Assembly (NCBI RefSeq): GCF_964204645.1
Contig: NC_134026.1
Coordinates: 11,741,950 to 11,805,949 of the forward strand
DNA: 64,000 nucleotides
Reading direction: 5' to 3'
Source of the DNA: Tubulanus polymorphus
Taxonomy: Eukaryota > Animalia > Nemertea
Each line of letters opens with the position of its first letter. Position 1 is the first letter of the stretch. Shown in pieces: positions 26,801-41,800 of this stretch. The position numbers and the translations under genes were made by a program. The notes below the pieces were generated by a model. The model was not told the DNA's origin. It saw nothing but the letters and a program-made list of their open reading frames with translations, and did not search any database.

Positions 26801-29800
26801 GATGGACTTTTAACCGAAGAAGAATGGTTATGAGATATGGATGCACATAAACAATTTCTAAAAAATTGTGTTGTAGCTGTAGCAGCATAACCCTTTCAGT
26901 ACTGACCATATACCCACCTGAGAGAGTAATCGAAGTTTTTGGTGATTTTACTAAAACCCTTGGTATAAAGATACAGCAAGTTTTATAAAAGGGATACTGT
27001 GCCCCATGGAGGGCAACATAGTGGCCAAATATTTTGGTGATAAAAAGATTAATTTTTATACAAATTATGTGCGTCACGTAACCTAATTAGCATAATTTAT
27101 ATAGTTTTTCAGAAAAATCTCAAATTAAATTTGGATATCCTACCAATTGCTAAAGCTTGCTTTTCTATTCTGCAGTATGTTCGGATGATTATCTGAGATT
27201 TGATGGTAAAGTTCCCTGTGATTAAAAGATTATGGCCATTTTAGTGTAGAAAGGTAGTTCACACAATTAGAGAAATAATTAATTAATATTGATCCACTAA
27301 ATATATTTCAAAACTACTGTTTGTACAAAGTAGCTGAACTACTTCAGAGGTTTTTCGATAGATGGCTCATGGGTAATATGACAATTGTACCCAAAAATGT
27401 GAATTTTTGCCCGAATTCCGAGTCCTATAGCTCCTGGTTTGCCATTTTTCATTGCAATTTGTGATGGGTATTCTATGGAAAGGGATCTTTAATACCTGAG
27501 ATAGGTATTTTTGATCAGCCAATTATCACGCGATTGGCGGCCATCTTGGTGCCATCAGTACTCATTTGTAGGTGGAACAATGTTTCTCCACATTATATTG
27601 ATACCTGAGCATATTTTGCTCCCACAATCAATTGGAAAGTTGTAGGTTATATCATGTTCTATGATTGTGGTGAGTTTCAAGGTCATTAGTTGTTCCATAT
27701 GGTCACCAGGGGGCATTGAATAGTAGAATAACTTAGTATTTCCTTATTATATTGGTACCTTGGTATATTTTGTTATCACACTCAATCACAAAATCGTATA
27801 TGCTGACATATTCTATGACTGTGGTGAGTTTCAAGGTCATATGTTTTGTTGTTTGGTCACCAGGGGTGATGAATTTTGAATTTGTTTGCCTATATGCACC
27901 AAAAAAATGCCTTCCATTTTTTTCCTTGGTGATCAGTGAAGATCACCAGGGATCAGAGATCACTTTCAGCTAATCACTGCTCTTCAGTGGTTCAGGCCAT
28001 GGCCTACATAATCGCACTTTTTGAAGTCATTATGAGAAAGCTGCGCTCTTATTGGTTGTTTAGGGAATACCCTCAGCGGCTGAGATTCCAGCATTAGAAA
28101 GCATCACGAAAAAACACTGCCTGGCATTGAAGGGACATTTTGCCTGATTGTGTGTTAAAACTTTTTCGAAGGTGGTTTCCGATTCCAGTTGATCAGGATT
28201 TCAGGATGTATTGACAGTGCAAAAATGTATTGTTACATATAAATATTGTATAAGAAACTAAATTGTTATATGTTGTTATTGATGGTGATATTTCATTGAA
28301 AATTTCACTAAAGGCCCACTGGCAGTATAAAAGCCCAGACATATGTGTTAATGTGCAATATATTCATTTCTGCAGTCAAAATTATGTTTTAGACCCTCCT
28401 CTTTGAGTAATTAAGCAATTTCGTTGGTATTTTCTTCAAAATTTGAATCTTTGAATGACGTAAAGGGAGGAGTTATCCAGTGAATCAGCATAGCTTGCAT
28501 GGCACGGTAACGGTAACATGATACCCTAGGTCATCACTACACATAAACAAAAATATAGGCTAATTCATAGTACCTGAATCTCACTACAAAAAAACTTTTT
28601 TCCCGATCAAGGAATCAGTCTGAAAATTCATACACTTGTTAAGCTATCTACCTTCAGCGTTATGCCCAAATTTCATCAAAATCAGATGTAAATTGATAAT
28701 TTTTAAAAATCTCAAAATTTCGTCAAATTCTTTAATCTTGGTCCTTTTCTTACAGAAAATGATCACAAGCTTCAGATTTTCATCCCCAATAAAACTGCAC
28801 CATTTAAAATTACCTCAAAACTTTATATGAAAATTTATGCATTTGTCAGATATTACAGTGTGTGACCTCTACAGTTACAGTTGTGAGCCTCCCTTACTCA
28901 CTGTAAATATCATCAATATGTTACTGTAGCTAGTGGGACTGCCCATCTCAAGTGCTTACCACCCTGTTATCTACTGCTCATACCAATGGGCCTTTAAGAT
29001 CAACAAATTATCAAAGGAGTTTAATGAATGATTATGTCATTCCAGTTATATCTAATTATAGTACTCAATCAGTTTGTTTATTATCACATATATAAGAGCT
29101 TTTGCTAGTGTACTGATGACGCAGCTTCATTTATGAAGATAGCTCCTATATGCCAATGATACGATTCAAAACTGAGAGGGAAATTCAAAATCTTTAAGAT
29201 ATTGTTCGTAATAGGCTGGATCTTGGTGTAAATTGATGATGGCTTTTGCATTGGAATATATTCATTCGTTAAGTTATATGACAATTGGGAGGGCTCAATT
29301 TGGCCGAATTCCTGAGAAAACAAAATAAATGTGTGTGAATCCATTGAGGCTCTAAACTCAACAGTAGTACCACATGATCTGGTACCAGTGACAACTGATT
29401 AGCCTTTTATACTGCAAGTTGGCTTTAACAGATGCTCATGATTGGTAGCATCGTTCAGTTAGTAATTTGAAATGATATGTTCATATTTCTTATCTTGGTT
29501 TGAGATATGAAATATTTTATATTTCCAATGAAATGTAAACTGAAAAAATGTATCCAAGTCCGCCTGTTGTAAGTTGTCTGATTCATATATTTTGTATTGT
29601 CATATTCCTAAATGCCCTGTGACTTGAATTAACATGCCAAGTTAAGCCTCTGTTGTATTATGTAGAATTCCTAATGTTTATAATAATCTCCTCTTAAGGA
29701 TGTTCGGAAGTCAAGTACATTGAAGTCTCAATTGGAAATGTACAAACGTCAAGTACAAGAATTGCAAGGGAAATCTTCAGAGGAAACAAAACGTGCTGAT

Positions 29801-32800
29801 AAGCTAGACTTTGAAAATAAAAGACTTCAGGAAAAAATCTCATCTTTACTGAAGGAAAAAGAGGTAAGAGGTAACTGTAGAAGTCGGACACGTATGAGAT
29901 GTTGGTGTCCTTTCGTGTCAAGAAAAATTCTGGAGTTGCTTAACGCTTAGGCTGGTTTTAGTTACACATCATGTTACATGTTACATGTTACATGTTTAAT
30001 TAGTAACATGACTTAGTTACATGTTTGACAACCAAGTAAACTTTAGTTTGTTTCCAATATTTAAATCGAAAGTCCAATTCGAACTCAAGGGTTTTCTTTT
30101 GGTGAGGCCTAATTTGTAGTCGGTGTGGAACCTTTCATTTTGGAACAATAATGAGTGGGGGTAGGTAGTCATTCAAGTCATGATTTACCACATGTTACTT
30201 CATATTGTTGAAATCTCGCGAGAATGGCGCAACATTGAAACTGGCAATAAATTGCAAATATCATTCAAATTTTTTGTACATAATCATAATCTATCCGATA
30301 AAGTGCCGATAAACAATTGCATGTTTACGATCAGTGTGTTTGGCCGCGATGGTTGCCTGGGAAACAATTTTTTTTCACAAGAGAGTTTCCGCCATCTTAT
30401 TGGCAGTGCGCATATTGATTTTTTGCCACGTATGTCATTCATATATTTCATCTCATAAACTTTTGGAGGATTTCATTAAAGAAATAGTCGTAAAGCCTTC
30501 AAATGATCGCACATGCGATAGGCCGCCCCGCTCGTGCTTGAAATGGAAAATCAGTTAGTATCTCTTATGATGATGAGTGATTGAAAAATAAAAGATGAAA
30601 TCTAAATCATTCGATTCTTTTAAAGAAATGCATTGGAAAATGTGGTTTCGATATAAACTGAATTTTTTATTATCTCATTTCACATGTTGCCTCTCCCTGG
30701 ACATATTAACTACACTTACTACGATCGTTGTGATCTGTTTGCTGGCAACAAATGCACACATATCACATTACACTACCAATTCAACACCCAACTACCCACA
30801 GCTTTTATATAACCATCCTATTATCTAGTTTGTTTCTCCCTGTGTTCCAATAGATACCATTGTAACCATGCAGTTCCAATCATCTCACCTGATAACTTTA
30901 ACAATGTGTTCAGCAACTGTTCCTATCGAACTTTCAATTGCAAGTTGATCCACATGCTGCAATGAGTTCCAAATGATGCCACCAGGGGGCTGTGCTAAAA
31001 ACTGATGTTAGCACAGTAGAGCTTTCAATTATAAGCAGACTTTTAGCTCACTCGAGACGTCATTCTGTAATTTTGGGAGGTTTTAAGACACTTCAATGGA
31101 TTGTCTTGATATTCGGTTTGTTCATGTATCTACCCTAGCCACATCGGTACCTCAAAATCTGACCAGATCAGATTCAAGATGGCTGACCGGTGGCCTTGTG
31201 GTTCACCAAAATTAACACTATTTTCTACGCATTTTTTAGTTTTCAAGTGTTATTTGGAGACACTTGAGAATATTTTCTCAATATTTCATATTAATATGTT
31301 CAGGCTACAGTTTCTGTCATTGTTATTTTGTAAAAATACATTATACCTTAGATCTAAAAAATCAAAAGGCCACACCTGACCTTCCAAAATTGGTCTGTCT
31401 AGGACTAATTATAAGTAAAATGTGCAGTGTGTGACCCCTTTTAATTTTTAGCCCACTTGGGACTTTAGTCCCAGCGGGCTATTGCGTTCACTTTTCGTCC
31501 GTCGTCCGTCCGTCCGTTCGTTCGTCCGTAGACGGAATCCAGTTATTTTGGGAAGTTTTGAAGACGCTTCAAGGTAACGTCTTGATATTTGGGTTACACG
31601 TGTATCTACCCTAGACACATCTTCAGCCCAAAAACTGGCCCTGTCAGAATCAAGATGGCTGACTGGCAGCCATTGTTGTTCACCAAAATCAGCACTTTTT
31701 ACACATTTTTGAACTTTTTGAGGGAAATTTTGAAGACGCTTCGATCAATTACCTTGATCTTTCGGATATATATGAATCCTCCCAGGGCCCATCAACGAAA
31801 CAAAAATTGGGTCGGTCGCACTCAAGATGGTCGTCCTATGACCTTTTTAGTGCCCAAAAATGTTAATTTTTGCCCGAATTCTCAGTCCTGTAGCTTCCTA
31901 CTGGTTTACCATTTCTCATTGCAATTTGTGATGGGTATTCTTTGGAAAGGGATGTTTTATACCTCAGACAGGTATTTTTCATCAGCCAATTATGACGCAA
32001 TTGGCGGCCATCTTGGTGTCACCAGTACTCATTCGTAAGTGGGAAAAAGTTTTTCCAGATTATATTGATAGCTAAGCGTATTTTGCTACCACAATCAATT
32101 AGAAAGTTGTAGCTCATAACGTGTTCTATGATTGTGGTGAGTTTCAAGGTAATTGGATTTCGTATATGGCCACCAGGGGGCGTTGAATAATACAATATCT
32201 TAGCATTTCTTTATTATATTCGTACCTATGCATATTTTGTAACCACAATCAATTGGAAAGTTGTAGCTCATGACATCATCTATGATTGTTGTGAGTTTTA
32301 AGGACATTAGTTTTTCTATATGGTCACCAGGGGGCGTTGAATAGTAGAATAACTTAGTATTTCCTTATTATATTGGTACCTAGGCATATTTTGTTACCAT
32401 GATCAATTGCAAAGTTGTAGTTCATGACATGTTCTATGATTGTGGTGAGTGTCGAGGTCATTGGGTTTTGAATATGGTCACCAGGGGGCGTTGAATAGTA
32501 GAATGACTTAGTATTTCCATATTAAATTGGTAACGAGGCATATTTTGTTATCACAATCAATTACAAAATCGTAGCTGCTGACATGTTCTATGATTTTGGT
32601 GAGTTTCAAGGTCGTTGGTTTTTGTAAATGGTCACCAGGGGGCGTTGAATATTGAAATTGTTAGATTGTTGAGCATTTGAAACCATTTCCCAAGTGGGCA
32701 TGGTGTCCCTGGACCCCTAGTTTTCTGGTGCCCTTAAATGAATGTATCATCAAAAATATTGTCCACTACACCACCTGCACACATTTTGATGTTGTCTGTG

Positions 32801-35800
32801 AATTCCATGTTGTAGTGTTGTCATAAAATACGGCATCTGTGCACTAGCCAGCGTTTGGAGTGTATTTAAAATTTTTATCTTGTTAGGCCAGCCATAGGCT
32901 GAGCCTATTACTATACAAATGGAGGGATTAAATGACATGGTTTCCAGAGCTAAAGCCCTTTGACTGCGCAACTGAGCATTTATTCATACAAATCATTCAT
33001 TAAAGCATTTTCATTCTCCAAATCCTAGGGAGCTGAATTTTGAAAAAGGGCCTCGTTAAATTTATATGACCTTTTTCGTGAAAATCTGAACGCAAAATAT
33101 CAGTTTTGAAAAGCCATTCTGAAAGCAAAGACACCTCTATGATTGGCTTAGCCACAAAAATCAGCAGCTGTTCATGTGGCCCCGTGGTATCATCTGCTGT
33201 TTTACTTCTGGGTTTTATTTAAAGGAATTAAAATTGTATTTTTTTTGTATTTGTTTGGTTTTTGGGTGGAATTTTTTATTTGCACTACAGAAATCATTGG
33301 CAATGGATGTGCAAAACGTCACAGGTCTATGTGTACACATACAAGCTATTTGGCAAAATATCATTGACAAAGATGTAGAATGGCTCCCTGTGATTATATA
33401 ATGAGCTCTATTCGAACGACGAAATGTTATATTGCATTGAATATCATTAGAAGAAGTATTGTTTGATTATATCGGAGGCGGCAGGTATAAATAAAAATGA
33501 TAAGTAAATCGGATTATTCGGTCAAAATGGCGGATGTATACACGATTTGGAAGTCTGATATAAAAGCAAGACCCTGACATGGGTACATGAGGTCAATATG
33601 AAAATGTGTAAACATATAATTTCAATATTCAAAAATTTGTTCGATATAAGGGGTATGCAGGATTGATGAAATTAGCAATTTATAATAGCATAGCTGTCAT
33701 ATACGGCTCCAGTTCCTCTGATGGCATGTGTATTAGGTGACAATTCAATTCTTTATTGATCCTTATTGCCTATAAAATTCCGGGACAAAATTCCCAAATT
33801 CAATAAAGTTAAAAATCTCAAAATAAGAAAATACAACATACAAGACACACGCAGAATTCACACAGAATAACATAAACAAAATATTTTAAATGACAATGTC
33901 TACTTCAACCCACTCAAGAGGAATGTATGATGTAATGATGAACCAGACATTAGAAGAGCTCTTCCCTCAACCATGGAGGCAATGAAGTTGCAGACCAGTT
34001 TAGAAGCAAAAGTGAATGAAGTCGGTCGCAAATTATCAATTATCGACAATTTTCAATAAATAAATCAAATGAAACCACTACAACAGTCGAAGACCTGTAT
34101 CATCTACCCAATGGCCAAATCTCATAATTCCCCAAATTTCTTAAAACTTCGATTTCAAATTTGCGATTCCACATAAGCTTATCCCAAAAATTCTATATTT
34201 TCGCAGGTGTCAAATACTTTATTAAAATTATTTTTCTTGTTCTCAAATTGCATTTGCTCAAACTGAGAAAATTTCAGAAAATCCAGTTCAATTCTATTCC
34301 GCATTCAAATCAATAAGACCAAGGGAAAAGATTGATCTGAAGTATTTGTTCCTGCCAGCTCCCTGTCTGCTACTTATGAAAACACGGTTGTACTGTATGA
34401 ATTATAGGTATTGACTATGAGGGAGTGAATCTGACTGATATAACCCTCAGAATGCATTATTTGCCATTTATAGAAAGCTGACATGCTGGGCCACCTTCTG
34501 TTATCTAAGTTACTCGACTATAAGTCGAACTAAATGAAACCGAATGTCCGTTAGTCGGGACTAAATTCCGGAAATAGTTCGAAAATCAAGCGCATTTGGT
34601 TATTAGTTCCGACCACTAGTCAACTGGATATGAAAACCGAATTTGGCCCTGGCTATAGTGCCGCTTATTTTAATAGGGACCTGTAGTCTGACGTTTTTGA
34701 AAAAAGGCAGGTCATTTGTTTTAAAATCACTATAAATAATCACTGGAAATGATCCATATTTTCAAAATTTTCTTGGGCAACCCCCAAACCCCCTGCATTC
34801 TCATTCTGCATGTTCATATAGGGCCTACCATTATACAATGCCGCCTATGATGTTTCGCAACTTGTCTTCTATATTTCTCGCCATTGGTCTTGTTAACAGT
34901 TCATATGCCCATGGGTTAAATGTAAAGGCTACTGTCAGGCAAAATTCCATTACATTGAAACTTGGATCAAGACCTTTCCTAATACATGTTCAGGCTATTT
35001 TACCCCTTCGATTAAAGTGCTTTTGGCTCCCGGTCTAATAATCACAGCGTCTTCTTATAATTGTTATATTTCACCACTTTGATTGATTATACTAGTTGAT
35101 TTGGTTTTGGTACTTGTATTTTAGAGGTTAATGATAGAACGAGATTCATTGAAGGAAACAAATGAAGAATTGACGTGTTCACAACTATCTGGTGGTAAGT
35201 TTCTGGAAACGGCTTGTCACGTTTCATGCAGTCTCGAAGCTTCAGCATCTTACTAGAGCAAATGTTAGGATACTTTTGGGTCCCGCTTTATGCAGCAATT
35301 AGTCGAAATCCTGACCAACCCCCCATGGTTTGATGGACAATCAATGTGGTTTGTCTGACTTAAAGAGTCAAACATTCTATAGAACCATAGCAAAATTGCA
35401 CCAAGAAAAAAATTCATCCTTGAAAAAAGTTAGTACATTTCAGCTCTAAATTGATTTGGCTGATGTTAATTCAGCCTCATCAGGTATGATATACGATATG
35501 AACTATGTACACTGACTCTGACTCTGGCTCTGACTCTGATCGATTTGTCCCATATAGTCATTTGTTTGACAATATCTATTCATCTGAAATTGCATGATAT
35601 ACTTTCAATCTATAAAGAACAACATTGTGGGTGTAATGGTGTCCCTGGACCCCTAGTTGGTTTACCTATGCCATCACTTTTGAGCAGGTGCGTCCGCTTT
35701 TTGGTGGTATGGTTTTTTATGCTAGTAGTAGTGCCGATTTGTATGTGCGCAAACTGTCCATGACATGAGCGCCTAGCCACATGCAAAGAAGCGGGATCAC

Positions 35801-38800
35801 GGCTATCGATTCCTCAGAGATTTCTGCCGAAAATGATATTTTTGACGGCGGATTTTTCCTATCCTCGGTTTTAAGGCATAAACATCCCATGACCTTCATG
35901 TATGATGTTTTGACAGAGATTCCTCATTAACGGGGTTCCCTATACATCGCAACAACAAATCAGAGCTACGCGCACCTGCTACGGAGTCCCGTCGAAAGAC
36001 TGTTTAGTAACACATTTTCCTTGCCAAACTTGTATTCTAAATCTATAATGTATGAAAATTGGTGCACCAGTGCTTATTTTGGTGAATAAAATGTGTGTAT
36101 GAAGATGCCCATGAATTTTACGCAATATTTATTTGCATATAGAAAACACCGAACAGGTGAACTAGTATTGTTTAGGATATAAATAATCGTCATTTGAGGT
36201 ATCATCATAGCTTGGCTGCAGCAATCCCGTCCTCGAACGGGCATCGTGTGGGAATTACATGAGCGGCTTACATGCAAATCGTCATGACGCTCGGTTCCCT
36301 CACCGTACTGGCGCGGCTGCGGTGCGACGAAGTCGGCTGTAGCTTACTGATGAATTTATCAGTGAAGTTGCGTTACTGCGGCTCTGCTGTGGTTTTGTGA
36401 ATCGGATCATATTTCTGACTGGGATCAAATATACTCATATCCCTACAAAGTAGGGGCACACAATTCAATCGCCTAGTTTGCCCCATCCTCCCCCGGCAGG
36501 GATCCGAACCAATCCCTACTGTGAGAGGATGAGTTTGCCTGCAAGTTTGCTCGTCTGCCTGCACTCGACGGCTTCCGCCGAGCGATCTGCTTTTATCAAC
36601 TCAAGGCCGTTGGAAGCAATTGTTGATTGACTGCAACTGAGTTGAACTGATAGCATGTAGTGTGAATTTCACGCAATTTACAACGTACGCTGTCAGAATT
36701 TCGCTCTTATCGGGCGTATAAATTCGTCAGCGAATTTAATCATCGCAATCAGGCGAAAAAATACGCTCGTGTGCCCTTGGCTTTTTCTGATATATGTTGA
36801 ATTATGTCGAGCATTTCATAAGGCTGTGGTAAACCTTTTGGCCCATGGGCAATTATTTTCTATAAGGCTGATCCCAGGTTGTCATTTATATACATGTTCT
36901 TAAGTATCATTTGGAAAGTTTATCTCAAAAAGTAGGAATTAGAGGGAATTTGACATTCAACCCATTAGCACTCAAGCCACCCGAATCCACCCCGACACTT
37001 TTTTTGTATGCTGCACAGAAACATTTATAGTGGGATTATAACCCAATAGCTTATGATAAACAAAACACCCAAGTCCTCGAAATACCGTATAGAAATCAAC
37101 ATCCTCCTATTTAGGGAGGAAAATTTTCCGGATTGATCCGGAATTCGGGATTTTTCAAGTCCGAGGTCATTTTTCTGAAAAGCCTAAAAACGATGAGAAA
37201 ATGTGAGGGGGTATGGTTTATTCGAAAGTTTGTTGGTACCGGTGGCCGTCAAAGCGCCGCAGACCGGACATTTATTTCGTTATGCGTTTAGATTCTAATA
37301 CTGACGTTTAACAAGTGTATTAATTTCCTTCTGTTTCAATTATCGATCTTTCGGCGATAGCCGTGCACCTGTGTGACGTGACCTCATTTGTACACGTAGG
37401 CTATTTATAGCCGCCAGTAGTAGTATGTGTGGTGAGAAAACATACTGTGTGTCTCGAGTGTCTATACTCAACACAGTCATTTGGGTAGCGCAGTGTGCAG
37501 CGCACTGTTCACTTATTTAGGGGTTCGACCTCTACTGCTTGAGATGCTGATTGTTAGTGAAATGTGGATGTGGCGCATTGGAAATAGACATTACATTGCA
37601 AAATATGGTGATCGTTCATGATGGGCTCAAGTTCACGCTAAGTGCTCGGAAAACACTTTATATTTCAAAAGATTTTCTTGGGGGAGGGCTTCCAAACCGC
37701 CTGGGGTTGGTTCGCGCCTTCGGTGTTCGCCAGGTAGTGCAGGTGTGTAACTTTTATTTTTCCGGATTTTTCTTCTCTGGTGACTTTCCTCCCTGCCTAT
37801 TTCAATCGCTAGAGTATTTAGAGTATGAACATGACCGATATGTGCTTACTTCAAATCCAAGTAAGTTCGAATGAATTTCGGGGGGCTAAAGGACACAATT
37901 TTGGTGGCCCACCTCATCAAATCTAATATCATACGAAAGCCTTGACTAATTACTACAAAATAATACGAACTTGTAATACATGGAAATAAACAGTTAAATG
38001 AGCTATTCTGTGCTATTTGAGTGCTAATGGGTTATGCCTCTTAGTGCCCTAATGAAATATGTAGTATTTTCCAATGTTGTTAACTAAAATGCCATAGTGA
38101 CGTTTGGTGTACATCCCAAAAACATGTATTTACTTTGCCAGGGTTTAATCATTGCTTCACTTATTTGGGCATTCTACATACGTCCATAAGGCACAGCAGT
38201 AATTTGGAAATATAGTAAGGGTAAAAAACTAAATTATTCTTGGTGTCTAGATAAATTTCTAGTGTACAACATCATTTGGTGATATCGTTTTTTCATGTAC
38301 AACATGATCATTTTTAGCATTGGTTGACGTCTATGACGTCATGCCAATGCTAGAAAAATGGATCGAAAGTCGTAGTCGAAAAAAAACACAGACTCTTCTC
38401 ATTTTCCTAGTAACTTCAAATTGTTCTTGTTCAAATTGTTCACTCTGTTCTTGTAAAACATTAGACACAGCTGAAAATGACTCAAAATAATGTTTCGATT
38501 ATTCTCAGATTTCTGATTAATTGGCCAAAAAAGTAATTCTATCGCATTTTTAGGCCAGCCATAGGCTTAGCCTATTACTACACAAATGGAGTGAATTTAA
38601 ATGACATGGTTTCCAGAGTAAAGGCTCTTTGACTGCGCAACTGAGCATATATTCATACAAATCATTCATTAGAGCATTATCCATTCTCCAACCCCTATAA
38701 AGCTGAATTTTGAAAGAGGGCCTCGTTAAAATTTAGTAAGTCAGTCGAGATTACCTTACAGTTGTACGTTGAATACGAATCTTCTGTAAGCGAAAGTGCC

Positions 38801-41800
38801 GAATGGGTTTTAGTATACAAATCTTTATTTGAATCTCTTGGCTGGGACATGATGGAAAACATCAGAATAAACTAGTTTCGTCTTTAACAGAATCGCGTCA
38901 ATGAGGTTTAACAATACAAATAGCGTAGGCTAAATCGTTCGGCAGAAAAACGAAATTCATTCAATTCTTAAGTCTATGGTCCTCCCAATCAACATCGTCA
39001 TGGAACATTTTCCGGCAGATGTAAAACATTAACCAACAACTTAATACCTTACTACAGTATAATCGACCAATGCCTCAAGGCCCATGGGCCTCTTGTGTTT
39101 TCTCTTAAACGTTTTTGGCAAACAGATTTTATCTACCTACCAACCCACCTTGAAAACTTACTCGGTCGGTGTTACTGCAAACAAACATATATTTTGAGAT
39201 TGCCCAACTAAACCCTTTTATTGTGAAATAGTTTTACATTTGATTTCTGTGTTCCCATTGTCCCGCCATTCATTCCTAGGATCCAGCATTGATATTTTTC
39301 ATTGTTTCTTCTGAATGTAAGAAATGGTGAAATTTTCGAATTTTTTAAAATGGCCTGAAATTTGCCTACCAAATTGTCTGGAATGGCATGATATTCAGAC
39401 TGACCTGGAGGCTGAGCTGTGAGTTCATAAAAGTTAAGATAGAAATATGTGATGAGATGATGTTACCCTAACGACATTTTCCTTAGTGACCCTCCTTTGA
39501 AATGGCAATTACTGGGGTGATACCTGAATGATCAAATTTAAGAATGTGAGTCAGGTTAGTATTACAATTCCTTTCTGCATTGATTACCCAACAATAGCCA
39601 CCTTCAAGTACTTCATTTCTGTTGAATCTGCAAGCCTCTTCAGGCTCTGCAAGCCGATTCCCTCTGCAAGCCTCTGGGATATTGAAATGTTCTATTTTTA
39701 CACATAGTTGATATTCAAGATCCTGTTGAATCTGGTCGATCACCGATAACTCCAAATTTTGAACTCATGAATATACCTCCGGAAGTAAGGTAATGATCAT
39801 TTACTGGTTGAAATATTAGCTGAAGGACACAGGAACTGTTGTTCTCATCATGAAGTATCCAAATTATATGTTACAGGGAAAAATTAATTCGTTTGCAACA
39901 CGAAAACCAGATGTTGAAACTATCAAAATCAACAGCGGATGAAGAAGATGTGCAATTAGTAAAATCCATGCTGGAAGATGTGCAATCAAGAAATAGTGAA
40001 ATAGAATCAGAAAATAGGTAAATAACAATCTACAGTTGTTAGCCCTTTATGGACAATGTTGAGTTAAATCTTTCCTTTTCAGAATTGCAAATCAAAGAAT
40101 TATCGAGTTAGAAGCACAGATACAAGATATACAAGAGCAGAGTTGCAGTACATCTATTGACCATAGTCAGTTCAAAAAACAATTGAAAGATCAATTGCAA
40201 AAGAACAAGCAAACTGAACAAGAACTGCAAAAACAGCACACGTACATCGAGGAGTTAGAATCTAAGGAATCGATGAGTAAAGATACAGAGGAAGAACTGA
40301 GAAGTCTTCTCATTAAAAAAGATGATGAAATGAAAGTAATGGAAGAAAGATATAAGAAATATCTAGAGAAAGCAAAGAGTGTAAGTTAAAGCACCCAAGT
40401 ATTTGAAGTGTTCTACAATCTAAAAGAGTAGTGCCATGATGTTGAATTTTCATTGCTGGAAACTATTTACAAGGAATGAAAATTAGGCAATCAAGCTCAA
40501 AAAGATACCTTGTTTCTCATAAGCTCTGCTGTGACCAAAGGTCAGCGGATAAGGGGGTGAGCCGTCGTCGTTGTTCGTTCATTTATGCGTCTGTAAACTT
40601 TTTCTTCCACTAAGCCCCTGGGGTGGAGTTTCTATTTCTTTAAATTGCTACTTGATCTACAGTTTTAATCAGATCAATTCCAAATTTGGTATGAATGTTC
40701 TATGGACCGAGGCCTATAAAGTTACAAAGCCATTTTTTGGATTTTTCCCCCAGGGGTGGAGTTTCTATTTCTTCATATTGCTACTAGTCATATAGTTTTA
40801 ATCAGATCAATTCCAAATTTGGTATGAATGTTCTATGGACCGAGGCCTATAAAGTTACAAAGCCATTTTTTGGATTTTTCCCCCAGGGGTGGAGTTTCTA
40901 TTTCTTCATATTGCTACTAGTCATATAGTTTTAATCAGATCAATTCCAAATTTGGTATGAATGTTCTATGGACCATGGCCTATAAAGTTGCAGAGCCATT
41001 TTTTGTATTTGTCCACCAGGGGGTGCCTCTGGGGGGAGTTTCTATTTCTTCAAGTTGCTTTATTAGTCCTATTAGTCCTATAGTGTTAATCAGATCAAGT
41101 CCAAATTTGGTATGAATCTTCTAAATCTATGGACCTAATACCTACAAAAAACTGAGCCCTTTTTGGATTTGGCTTCAAGGGGGCATTCCTAGGTATGCAG
41201 CTTCTATTTCTTCAAATCACACAGCGGAGCTATATAAGCCAATAGGCTCCTTGTTTTGATGGGTTGTGTTGATCGTTGGTTTGTTCCTTTGACACATTTA
41301 CAGCACAAAATCTAACCCAATTGTTGTTTGCTGAGATCAATACTTTTCAGCCCACTTGGGGCTGGTCCCAGAGGGCTATTGTGTTCACTTTTCATCCTTC
41401 ATCCATCTGTTCACCTGGAATCCAGTTACTTTTCGAAATTTTAAAAATTTTGAAGGATAGTAATGATATTTATATTTAGATTTGTACAACTGAAATATGC
41501 ATTTGAAGTTTGATTTCAGTAAAGTCTTGAATGAATTCAGTTTATGGAAGGACTTTTTCAAATGCACAACAGAAAATCTATCTTTAACAATTGTGCAAGG
41601 TTTGGGAAAAATAGCATTTTCTGAAGTGGCTGCTGTAGGCGTGAATGTTCTGATATGCTAAATAGCCATTTTGCTTGCAAGTTCAATTATATTTTACTCA
41701 ACTTGAAGCATCAAACAATTCAATTTTATTCAGATTAAAATCTGATTTACTTATATTCAGCATAACCATCAAATCTAATTTAAGTTTTGTTCAGTATAGA

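Noticed and set aside
35513-35540. (ACTCTG)n and other microsatellites (e.g. CA run near 2700)
   Set aside because: Ordinary short simple repeats.
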